A stretch of 64,000 nt of DNA, taken from contig CAVYKI010000009.1 in the NCBI GenBank assembly GCA_963769025.1, positions 32,001 to 96,000 of the forward strand. Direction: 5' to 3'. Position 1 is the first letter of the stretch; each line of letters starts with the position of its first letter. Positions 50,383 through 58,652 of this stretch are shown here, one piece after another. Below the pieces are notes generated by a model. It searched no databases, was not told the origin of the DNA, and saw only the letters and a list, made by a program, of their open reading frames with translations. The translations under genes were made by a program, and so were the position numbers. This DNA is from an uncultured Verrucomicrobiae bacterium. GTDB lineage: Bacteria > Verrucomicrobiota > Verrucomicrobiia > Chthoniobacterales > Chthoniobacteraceae.

Positions 50383-51159
50383 ATGGGTGGATTCGTCGCG
50401 AGTGGCGCGTGGATTTGCCACACGGGCAGGGTTCGCAAGGTCAACGAGGATGCGTGTCTGTTTGGCGGGCCATTCGGCGGGGCGAGCACCTCGGCGCCGT
50501 TACGGGCAACACTGAAGAAGCCCCACTGGATTGTCGCGCTTGCCGATGGCATTGGAGGTCACCGTGCGGGCGCGTATGCGAGCCGTGAAGTGCTTGCCGC
50601 GCTCGATCGCGCAAAGGACTTCACCAAAAGCGAGGTCGGTGAATTGTTGCAGGACACAAACCGGAAACTGCACGAGGTGGGACGCGCGAAGCCCGACTTC
50701 GAAGGCACCGGGACGGCGGTCGTCGGCCTGGCATCGGGCCCGGACGGGTTGTTTGGATTCAATGTGGGCGACGCACGGCTCTACCGAATGCAGGGCGGGC
50801 ATCTCGTTCAGGTTTCGCGCGACGACTCGGTCGAGCAATTGCTCATCCACGAGGGCTTGCTGGAGGCCAGCGACGGCGTGCGCTCAAACTACATGCACGC
50901 GCTGACCCAGAGCGTCGGCGGTTCGGCGGACTACCATCTGATCGACCCGCATTTCTACGCGCTGTCCGTGAAAGGCTCCACGCGGCTCCTGCTTTGCACC
51001 GACGGGCTCACCGACATGCTCTCGAACAAGCGGATCGAGTCCTACATTGGCCCCCATCTGAAAGCCGCCGCCGTCGTCCAGTCGCTCTTCTCCGCCGCGA
51101 TGGAGGCTGGCGGGCGAGACAACATCACGATCGCCATCGTGGATGTGGAGAAGGCCTGA
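50383..51159 (+). CDS. PP2C-family Ser/Thr protein phosphatase
   Basis: GRVRKVNED, ADGIGGH, GTA, NVGDAR, CTDGL, GGRDNIT. Confidence 0.92.
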   Translation: MGGFVASGAWICHTGRVRKVNEDACLFGGPFGGASTSAPLRATLKKPHWIVALADGIGGHRAGAYASREVLAALDRAKDFTKSEVGELLQDTNRKLHEVGRAKPDFEGTGTAVVGLASGPDGLFGFNVGDARLYRMQGGHLVQVSRDDSVEQLLIHEGLLEASDGVRSNYMHALTQSVGGSADYHLIDPHFYALSVKGSTRLLLCTDGLTDMLSNKRIESYIGPHLKAAAVVQSLFSAAMEAGGRDNITIAIVDVEKA

Positions 51160-51209
51160 TTTCGCATCGGGGAATCTGAGGGAAGCGACACACCGCTGCG
51201 GCCCTCCCC

Positions 51210-51250
51210 AAAAAGACTGTGGCCCCCCGGATCTTTCGACCCGAGGGGCC
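51210..51250 (-). terminator. Rho-independent terminator of the transglutaminase-like gene
   Basis: Minus-strand RNA GGCCCCUCGGGUC-GAAA-GAUCCGGGGGGCC (13-bp stem with G-U pairs, GNRA loop) followed by ACAGUCUUUUU. Confidence 0.8.
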
Positions 51251-51277
51251 CAGTAGCCCAACCAAATTGTGTTGCCC

Positions 51278-51859
51278 CTAGTTGCGGCCGTTCGAGGCGA
51301 CCGGCGACTTGCGCTTGCTGGCGACCTCTGCGATGCCCACCTGGGTCGCCGCATGGCGGAAAGTGCTGCCTTTGCCGTAGCTGTAGAGCGGGATGTAGCG
51401 GTTCGCAGGGAGTTCGTCCGCGGGGATTGGCGCGCGTTTCAGAGTGCAGTCCAAGAGCCACCAGCGGCCTTCGTTCTTCCACATCACCCACGCGTGGCTG
51501 ATCCGCATGCCCGGCTCTGTTTTGCCGATGACGAAGCGCACGTCGCTGTCGCCGAGTTTGCTGCACAGCCAGAGGGCCTTGTCCTTGCAATCCCCGGAGC
51601 GCTTCGCCGCGGTCGTCGCCGGCATGGCGGCGACATACGGGTTCACCATCCGGTAATGGAAATTGCGACCTTCGATCATGAGCTTCCTGACTTGGTCCAT
51701 GCTCGGCTTTTGCTGCCCGAGACGGGCGAGCACCGTGGTGACGGGAGTCATGTAGCGGTCGTAAGGCGTGTAGTCGGACGGCGTGCCAGTGTCGAAGGCA
51801 GCGAAGGTGCTAAGTTTTGCACCGAGAAGGAGGGTGAGAGCGAGAGTGAAGGTTTTCAT
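51278..51859 (-). CDS. Exported transglutaminase-like cysteine peptidase (BTLCP/LapG-like)
   Basis: Signal peptide; Cys-His-Asp triad: GDCKDKA, HAWV, WWLLD. Confidence 0.8.
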   Translation of the reverse strand: MKTFTLALTLLLGAKLSTFAAFDTGTPSDYTPYDRYMTPVTTVLARLGQQKPSMDQVRKLMIEGRNFHYRMVNPYVAAMPATTAAKRSGDCKDKALWLCSKLGDSDVRFVIGKTEPGMRISHAWVMWKNEGRWWLLDCTLKRAPIPADELPANRYIPLYSYGKGSTFRHAATQVGIAEVASKRKSPVASNGRN

Positions 51860-51891
51860 GGCTATAGAAACTAGAACTACCAGGATGAGTA

Positions 51892-51907
51892 AGCCGGAGC
51901 CGTGCCA
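51892..51907 (-). promoter_or_regulatory. Putative sigma54 promoter
   Basis: Minus strand TGGCACGGCTCCGGCT = GG-N10-GC, about 32 nt before ATG, with a long lower-GC upstream region. Confidence 0.6.
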
Positions 51908-52244
51908 ACCGGGATGTGGAAACAACACAAGCCATAATAACCATATCCTTGTAGCGGTGACGCCAGCCCCTCAAATAGCGACAATGCAGTTCATATCGCA
52001 CATAGGGCGAGCGCCTTACGGAGATATGCAGACATCGGCCCCCCTGTGTCGGCGCAAACCTCGCGGTCCCGGCGGGTCGCGATTTCTCCATCCCCGTGAA
52101 TGTCGCCCGGTCCGATTACGAGCCCCCACAATACGAGGCTCTCTCAAAGTTGCAGCACACCGGCACCCCTGAATGGCGTCCCGAGCGCCCAGTGTCTATC
52201 TCCCGCCCCCGCCTCCCACTGAACAACCTATTGGAACGTCACCC

Positions 52245-53573
52245 CTAGAGCATATTTGCCGGCTGGCTCGTGCTTTCGAGCACGGCCCTCCACAGTTCGC
52301 CGTGCGGATCCACCTTGTGCCTTCCTACCGTCGTCACAAACGGGATTGGCACGTGCACGTAGGCACCGTGCCACCGCCCGACGAGCATGCCGGTCTTGCC
52401 GGCCATTCCGGCGTGAACCGCGTGCTGGGCGAGGTGTTGGCAGAAGAAGTTGTCCTGGGCATTCGCCGGCACGCTGCGGATGGCGTAGCTCGGGTCGATG
52501 TATTTGAGCGTGAGATCGATTCTCCGCTCCTTGAAAAAGCCGGTGATCTTGTCCCGCAGGAAAATGCCGATGTCCTTCGGCCGCTTGTTTCCGCTGGCGT
52601 CGATTTCCTCGTAGCCCTCCATCAGTTCCTGTCCGGCGCCCTCGGCGACGACGATCACGGCGCTTTGCTTCCGCGCAACCCTGTAACGGAGCGCCTCGAG
52701 CAGGCCGCGCTCCCCATCGAGCTTGAAGTGAACCTCGGGGATGAGGACGAAATCCACGTTCCCGTCGGCGAGGGCCGCGTAGCATGAGATGAAACCCGAG
52801 TCGCGGCCCATCAGTTTCACGAGCCCGATGCCGTTCGGCGCGCCGAGCGCCTCCGCCTGCGCCGAGCGCACGACCTTCACCGCTTCCGCGAATGCGCTCT
52901 CGAAGCCGAACGATTTGTCGAGAAACTGAATGTCGTTATCGATCGTCTTCGGGATCCCGATGATCGCCTTCTTCAGCCCGCGCCGCTCGGTTTCATCCGC
53001 GATCGCCTGCGCGCCTTTGAGCGTGCCGTCGCCGCCGATGACGAACAGAATGTCCACGCCCATCTCCTCCAGCGTGTCCACCATTTCGTTCACGGGCTGG
53101 CTGCCGCGCGAACTTCCGAGGATGCTGCCGCCGAGCAGGTGAATTTGCTTCACGGACTCCGGCTTGAACGTGATCGGAGTCTGGCCCCTGCTCTGCACCA
53201 GCCCTTGGTATCCGTAGCGGAATCCATAAATCTTCGTGACCCCGTACCGCGTCCATAGCTGCGTCACCAATCCCTTGATGATGTCGTTCAGCCCCGGGCA
53301 AAGCCCGCCGCACGTGACGATGCCCGCCGTGGTGCGCATGGGCTCAAAAAAGACTTTCGCGCGAGGTCCCGCCACTTCGAACGTCCGCACGCGCTCCTCC
53401 TGCGGGTTGATGGGCGGCGCGTTGATGTTCACGCGGTGGTCGAGCAGCACCCGTTCGTCGTCCGTCCGGAATTTCACCTCGATGCTGCTCGATTTTTGAA
53501 GAGGTGAACTATATTCGCACGGCCCCAAATTCTTGATCCTCGTTTGCATTGGGGGAAGTTGGTGTGCAGACAT
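52245..53573 (-). CDS. 6-phosphofructokinase, PPi-PFK-related ATP-dependent type
   Basis: TCGGLCPGLN, LGSSRG, GGDG, PKTIDND, MGRDSG, YIDPSY. Confidence 0.92.
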   Translation of the reverse strand: MSAHQLPPMQTRIKNLGPCEYSSPLQKSSSIEVKFRTDDERVLLDHRVNINAPPINPQEERVRTFEVAGPRAKVFFEPMRTTAGIVTCGGLCPGLNDIIKGLVTQLWTRYGVTKIYGFRYGYQGLVQSRGQTPITFKPESVKQIHLLGGSILGSSRGSQPVNEMVDTLEEMGVDILFVIGGDGTLKGAQAIADETERRGLKKAIIGIPKTIDNDIQFLDKSFGFESAFAEAVKVVRSAQAEALGAPNGIGLVKLMGRDSGFISCYAALADGNVDFVLIPEVHFKLDGERGLLEALRYRVARKQSAVIVVAEGAGQELMEGYEEIDASGNKRPKDIGIFLRDKITGFFKERRIDLTLKYIDPSYAIRSVPANAQDNFFCQHLAQHAVHAGMAGKTGMLVGRWHGAYVHVPIPFVTTVGRHKVDPHGELWRAVLESTSQPANML

Positions 53574-53654
53574 GCGTCCGGTGGCGCAAGTGAATTCTCC
53601 TCGCGCTCCTTCCTGATGCACGAGGTCCGGGACGAATCCGGCATCCGAACCGGG

Positions 53655-53670
53655 TGGCATGGGCGATGCT
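53655..53670 (+). promoter_or_regulatory. Putative sigma54 promoter
   Basis: TGGCATGGGCGATGCT = GG-N10-GC, 14 nt before ATG 53685. Confidence 0.6.
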
Positions 53671-53684
53671 AAAGTACGAGCACC

Positions 53685-54182
53685 ATGCTGACGCTGAGCA
53701 ACACCACCAAGCAGCACCCCGAGGCAACCTCCCGGGCGCTGCAGGCTGCGGAGGGTTACGTTTTTTTCAGCCTCTATCGCGAAGCGCTCGAAGAACTCGA
53801 TTCCATTCCGGCTTTTGAGCAGGACGACTGCGATGTGATGATCGCCCGAATCCGCATCCTCCTGCATCTCCACCGGTGGAGAAAAGCCGCGAGACTCTCC
53901 GCACGCGGCGCGGCGCTTCATCATACCGAGGATGAATTCACCGTGCAGCGAGCTTTCGCGCTGCATCAGATGAATCTCGGCGAGGCTGCCGCGCGCGTCC
54001 TTCTCGATGCGCCGGAGTGGATTCGCCGGACGGGCATCCTCCACTACAATCTCGCCTGCTACGAGGCGCGCTGGGGAAATCTGACCGTCGCGCGGCAGTG
54101 CGTGCAGGCGGCGATCGAGATCAACGCTTCGATCAAGAAAAACGCCCGGCAGGATCCCGATCTCGCCGAGCTTTGGAACTGA
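53685..54182 (+). CDS. TPR-like protein
   Basis: AAEGY...EALEEL, HYNLACY, AIEIN, DPDLAELW. Confidence 0.8.
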   Translation: MLTLSNTTKQHPEATSRALQAAEGYVFFSLYREALEELDSIPAFEQDDCDVMIARIRILLHLHRWRKAARLSARGAALHHTEDEFTVQRAFALHQMNLGEAAARVLLDAPEWIRRTGILHYNLACYEARWGNLTVARQCVQAAIEINASIKKNARQDPDLAELWN

Positions 54183-54197
54183 ACCGCGCGGGCGGTA

Positions 54198-55083
54198 TCA
54201 GGCCTTCGGCGCGACGTGCCGGATGATGTATTCGCGGACGGCCTCACGCCAATCGCGTGGGTGTTGTCCGGTGAGCCGCGTGAGCTTTTCCGTGGACATC
54301 GCGGTGTTCGGCGGGCGCTTTGCGATGAACGCCTTCAGGTCCGCCATCTTCAGCGGCCCGACCGTGCGTGCCTTCAGCGACATCCCGGCCTCGGCCGCGC
54401 AGTCCAGCGCATACTGGCCGTACTCCTGCCAGGTGCATTGGCCGCCATTGCAGAGGTGAATGACTCCGCCGGCGGGTACATCGAAAAGAAGCGGTCGTAG
54501 CAGTTGCGCGGCGTCGAGCGTGTAAGTGGGGACGGCGATCTTGTCGGCGATCGCCTCGACCTTCTCCTCGGTCTGCGCCCGTTTCACGATGCCATCCACA
54601 AAGCTCGGCCGGTCCGGGCCGACGACCCACGACACGCGGACGGCGAGATTGCTCCCGGAGACGTCGAGCAGCGCGAGTTCGCCCGCGCGTTTCGATGCTC
54701 CGTAACTGGCTGATGGGAATGACTTCGTCATCCTCCGTGTACGGCGTGCTCGTCGCGCCATCGAAGACATAATCGGTGCTGATGTGCACGCAGCGCGCGC
54801 CCTTCGCCTTGCAGATCTCCGCGAGCGTCCGCACGGCGTGCGCATTGATCTGCATCGCCTCGTCGCGTTCCGTCTCGCAACGATCCACGTTCGTCTGCGC
54901 GGCGCAATTCACCAGCACGCCAAACTCCACCGCGTCGAGCGTCCGGCGCATCTGCTCCGGCTGTGCGAGATCGAGTTCCTGCCTGGAAAATCCCACGACA
55001 TCGAGCCCCGCCGCCTTCCATTCGCGCACGAGCGCAGCCCCGAGCCGGCCACCGGCTCCAGTCACAACGATTCGCTGGCTCAC
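54198..55083 (-). CDS. rfbD: dTDP-4-dehydrorhamnose reductase (frameshift near 54710)
   Basis: TGAGGRLG, NCAAQTNVD, HISTDYVFDG, YGASKRAGE, RP; GTGA overlap with rfbB. Confidence 0.92.
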
Positions 55084-56060
55084 GACTTTTTCCTCAGCGG
55101 TTCCCACCACGCGCGGTTCGCGACATACCATGCGACGGTCTCACGGATTCCCTGCGCCGGGCGGTGTTTCGGCGTCCAGCCGAGTTCCGCCTGTGTCTTG
55201 CTCGAATCGATCGCATACCGCCGGTCATGCCCGAGCCGGTCGGCGACGTATTTGATGAGCGAGTCCGGCTTCTTCAGCTCGCTGAGAATCATCTTCACCA
55301 CCTCGATGTTCGTCAGTTCACCGTCTCCGCCGATGTTGTAAACCTCACCCGCGCGTCCCTTCTCCAGCACGGCCAGCGCGGCTTCGTTGTGGTCATGCAC
55401 GTGGATCCAGTCGCGCACGTTCAGGCCGTCGCCATAGACGGGCAGTGGGATGTCCGCGAGCGCGTTCGTGATCATCAGCGGGATGAGCTTCTCGGGAAAT
55501 TGATACGGCCCGTAGTTGTTCGAGCAGCGCGTCACGAGCACCTCCTGCTTGAACGTGTGGAAGTGCGCCAGCGCGAGAAGGTCCGCGCTAGTCTTGCTCG
55601 CCGAGTACGGCGAACTGGGCTGCAGCGGCGAATGCTCCGTGAAGCGCCCGGTCGGCCCGAGCGAGCCGTACACCTCATCCGTGCCGATCTGCAAAAAGCG
55701 CGCGACCTTGAAGCGCCGTGCCGCGTCGAGCATCACCGCCGTGCCGACGACATTCGTCTGGATGAATGCCATCGGCCCGCTGATGGAGCGATCCACGTGC
55801 GACTCCGCGGCAAAGTTCACCACGGCGTCAAATTTTCCCTGCTCGAAAATCCGATCGATGGCCGGCGCATCCGCGATATCCGCCTTGTGGAAAACGTAGC
55901 GGTTGCCCGCCTGCGGGGCGACATCCGCGAGGTTCGCCGGGTTTCCGGCATAGGTCAGTGCATCCACATTGTGGATGGTCCAGTCCGGACGCGCCGAGAG
56001 CAGGAGCCGCACAAAATTGCTGCCGATGAAGCCGCAGCCGCCGGTGACGAGAATTCGCAT
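55080..56060 (-). CDS. rfbB: dTDP-glucose 4,6-dehydratase
   Basis: TGGCGFIGSN, AAESHVDRSI, TDEVYG, YSASK, NNYGPYQFPEK, GHDRRY. Confidence 0.95.
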   Translation of the reverse strand: MRILVTGGCGFIGSNFVRLLLSARPDWTIHNVDALTYAGNPANLADVAPQAGNRYVFHKADIADAPAIDRIFEQGKFDAVVNFAAESHVDRSISGPMAFIQTNVVGTAVMLDAARRFKVARFLQIGTDEVYGSLGPTGRFTEHSPLQPSSPYSASKTSADLLALAHFHTFKQEVLVTRCSNNYGPYQFPEKLIPLMITNALADIPLPVYGDGLNVRDWIHVHDHNEAALAVLEKGRAGEVYNIGGDGELTNIEVVKMILSELKKPDSLIKYVADRLGHDRRYAIDSSKTQAELGWTPKHRPAQGIRETVAWYVANRAWWEPLRKKS

Positions 56061-56114
56061 GGGGTTGCGTTGCTATCAGAGCCGCGTCGGGGTGCGCAAA
56101 GAAATCTTCGTCTC

Positions 56115-56669
56115 CTAAAACTTCGGCACCTTCGGCGCGTTCGCCGCGGGTTTGTCCTTCGCCGCTTTTGCGAGCTTCTTCGCGAGATCCTGTGCATCGC
56201 GCGACTCGAATTTGATCACCAGCCCGAGGGCGAGTTCCGCGGCTGCGTGGTCGCTGCGCTTCCATTTGCGGACGTTGAACGCTCCCTTGAGTGCCTTCTC
56301 GAGCTCGCCAGCCGCTCCCGGCTGCGTCGTCGCCTTTTCTTCCCTCCACGAAAATTTCCCTTTCTCAGCATCGAGGATCGCCGCCATCTCCGCCGCCTCG
56401 ATTTTCTGCGGCACCCCGTCCTGCGGGATGTGCACATACTCGATCCGCACGCACACGCCGCCCACGAACGCCGCACGCACGCGCCAGCCTTGGAAACTGT
56501 AGGCCTTTTCCACCGCGCCCGGCATCAGCGGTTTGTCATTTGCTCCGATCAACTCGTCGTTCGGCTGCCCGTAGCGCTGCTGCGACACGCCCTCCGTCTC
56601 CCCAAGTCGCGCATGGGCGGCCGGCATGGCGACGAAAATGAGGATTTGGAGAATGAGGAGAATCTTCAT
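56115..56669 (-). CDS. Exported hypothetical protein
   Basis: Signal peptide ending AHA; ARLGET...RYG N-terminal motif. Confidence 0.75.
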   Translation of the reverse strand: MKILLILQILIFVAMPAAHARLGETEGVSQQRYGQPNDELIGANDKPLMPGAVEKAYSFQGWRVRAAFVGGVCVRIEYVHIPQDGVPQKIEAAEMAAILDAEKGKFSWREEKATTQPGAAGELEKALKGAFNVRKWKRSDHAAAELALGLVIKFESRDAQDLAKKLAKAAKDKPAANAPKVPKF

Positions 56670-56745
56670 GGCGCAGGTTGCACTTTGGACGCACGCACGC
56701 ACGCCGAAGTTACAACATGGCCATCTGGAACCCGGCACGTCCGTG

Positions 56746-56773
56746 TTGCGTCCCAGATCCGCCCCGCTATCTT
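56746..56773 (+). promoter_or_regulatory. Putative leaderless sigma70 promoter
   Basis: TTGCGT-16nt-TATCTT, then 7 nt to ATG 56781. Confidence 0.5.
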
Positions 56774-56780
56774 CGCGGCC

Positions 56781-57521
56781 ATGCTACGCACATCCAATCC
56801 GACATTGTCTCCCAGCACCTTCAACGAGTCCGTGGCGACCGGTGACCAGCGCATGACGATCCAGGGCGCCGTGAACAAGACGGGCATCCTGCTCGCCCTC
56901 GCGATTCTTTCCGCGGCTTTCACCTGGAACCGCTTTTCCGACAATCCCGCAGCCGCGATGCCGCTCGTGACGATCGGTGCAATCGGCGGCCTCATTGTCG
57001 CGCTGGTGACGGTTTTCAAAAAGGAATGGTCCCCGGTGACCGCGCCGATCTACGCGCTCCTCGAAGGCCTCGTGCTCGGCGGCATCTCCGCGCTGTTCAA
57101 CAGCCAGTCGAACGGGATCGTGCTCCAGGCTGCGATGCTCACGTTCGGCACGCTCTTCACGATGCTCGCCGCGTATCGCAGCGGGTGGATTCGCGCCACG
57201 GAGAAGTTTAAGACCGGCGTCATCGCTGCGACAGGCGGCATCTTGCTCCTGTATGTCGTCTCGTGGATTCTCGGAATGTTCGGCGTGAACCTTTCCTTCA
57301 TGCATGGCGGCGGAATGCTGAGCATCGGCATCAGCGTCTTCGTCGTGGTCATCGCCGCGCTGAACCTTGTGCTCGACTTCGACGTGATCGAGCAGGGCGC
57401 TAAACTCGGCGCCCCGAAATATCTCGAATGGTACGCCGGCTTCGGCCTGCTGGTGACGCTGATCTGGCTCTACCTCGAAATCCTCCGCCTCCTCATGAAG
57501 CTCAACTCGCGCCGCAACTAG
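56781..57521 (+). CDS. Bax inhibitor-1/YccA family membrane protein
   Basis: MLRTSNP, MTIQGAVNKT, YALLEG, LVLDFD, TLIWLYLEILRL. Confidence 0.92.
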   Translation: MLRTSNPTLSPSTFNESVATGDQRMTIQGAVNKTGILLALAILSAAFTWNRFSDNPAAAMPLVTIGAIGGLIVALVTVFKKEWSPVTAPIYALLEGLVLGGISALFNSQSNGIVLQAAMLTFGTLFTMLAAYRSGWIRATEKFKTGVIAATGGILLLYVVSWILGMFGVNLSFMHGGGMLSIGISVFVVVIAALNLVLDFDVIEQGAKLGAPKYLEWYAGFGLLVTLIWLYLEILRLLMKLNSRRN

Positions 57522-57564
57522 GCGTCGGGGAGCGTTCGCTCCAAAATTCCAAACGGCGTGCGTC

Positions 57565-58374
57565 ATGCGTCTCCCGGTCATCCACGGTCTGATTCGTCGC
57601 CGGTTGCTCGTTAATTTCCGCGTGAATGCGGAGGTCATGAAGCGTTTTTTGCCCGCGCCTTTCCGCCCGAAACTGCATGGCGGCTACGCCATCGCCGGCA
57701 TCTGTCTCATCCGGTTGGAGCAGATTCGACCCGGATGGCTGCCGCGCTTCTGCGGTGTCTCCAGCGAGAATGCCGCCCATCGTATCGCGGTCCGATGGGA
57801 CGCTCCTTCCGGCGAGCCGCGCGAAGGCGTGTTCATCCCGCGCCGCGATACCGGCTCGTGGCTCAATCATTTCGCCGGTGGACGGATCTTCCCCGGCGAG
57901 CATCACTTCGCTGACTTCGCCGTCACCGACGAGGGCTCGCGCGTTTCCATGTCCATCCGTGCTCGCGATGGAAAAATGGCGGTCCAGCTTCGCGCGCACG
58001 CCAGCGATTCATTGCCGCAAACTTCCTGCTTCGGTTCGCTGGCCGAATCATCCGCCTACTTCGAGGGCGGCAGCGTGGGCTACTCTGCCACCCGCGATTG
58101 CTGCCGGCTCGATGGCATCCGCCTTCAGACCGACGCCTGGCAGGTGCGACCGCTGGCAGTCGAGCACATCGAGTCTTCCTTCTTTGCCGACCGCTCGAAA
58201 TTCCCCGAGGGCAGCGTCACTTTCGACCACGCCCTCGTCATGCGGGACATCAGCCACCAGTGGCATGCCGAAGAGGACATTTTCACAAGTGGAACGCCCG
58301 CTGAGCCGGCGCACTATCGCCGGTCCGGCGCATCCAGTTCGCCGCCCGAAAGCTCCTCGAATTCCTCGAAGTGA
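57565..58374 (+). CDS. DUF2071 (YqjF-like) family protein
   Basis: IRRRLLVNFRV, GICLIRL, ENAAHR, GVFIPRRDT, FDHALVM. Confidence 0.8.
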   Translation: MRLPVIHGLIRRRLLVNFRVNAEVMKRFLPAPFRPKLHGGYAIAGICLIRLEQIRPGWLPRFCGVSSENAAHRIAVRWDAPSGEPREGVFIPRRDTGSWLNHFAGGRIFPGEHHFADFAVTDEGSRVSMSIRARDGKMAVQLRAHASDSLPQTSCFGSLAESSAYFEGGSVGYSATRDCCRLDGIRLQTDAWQVRPLAVEHIESSFFADRSKFPEGSVTFDHALVMRDISHQWHAEEDIFTSGTPAEPAHYRRSGASSSPPESSSNSSK

Positions 58375-58535
58375 TCCGGGCGCAGCGGCTCGCTGATCCG
58401 GTAGTCCTCGCCCAGCCATTTGCCGAGGTCGATCAGCTTGCAGCGATCCGAGCAAAAAAATCCGATCGGCGCTGCGTCGAAGTCCACCGTCTTCCCGCAG
58501 ACGGGGCATTTCAGCGCGGGTTTCTTTTCAAGCAT
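58314..58535 (-). CDS. yacG: DNA gyrase inhibitor YacG
   Basis: CPVC...FCSDRCKLIDLGKWLGEDYRI. Confidence 0.92.
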   Translation of the reverse strand: MLEKKPALKCPVCGKTVDFDAAPIGFFCSDRCKLIDLGKWLGEDYRISEPLRPDHFEEFEELSGGELDAPDRR

Positions 58536-58596
58536 CCGCGAAGATGGAATGGCGGGCGGCGAATGTCGAACGCTCGGTGCGGAGGCGTAATTTCCA

Positions 58597-58621
58597 GTAG
58601 CCGCCGACGGGAGGATGCGGG
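58597..58621 (+). repeat. Single arm of the GTAG REP family
   Basis: GTAGCCGCCGACGGGAGGATGCGGG, near-identical to 30740-30764. Confidence 0.75.
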
Positions 58622-58652
58622 TTGACCCTTGGTTTTGCGCCCCGCGGCCCGT

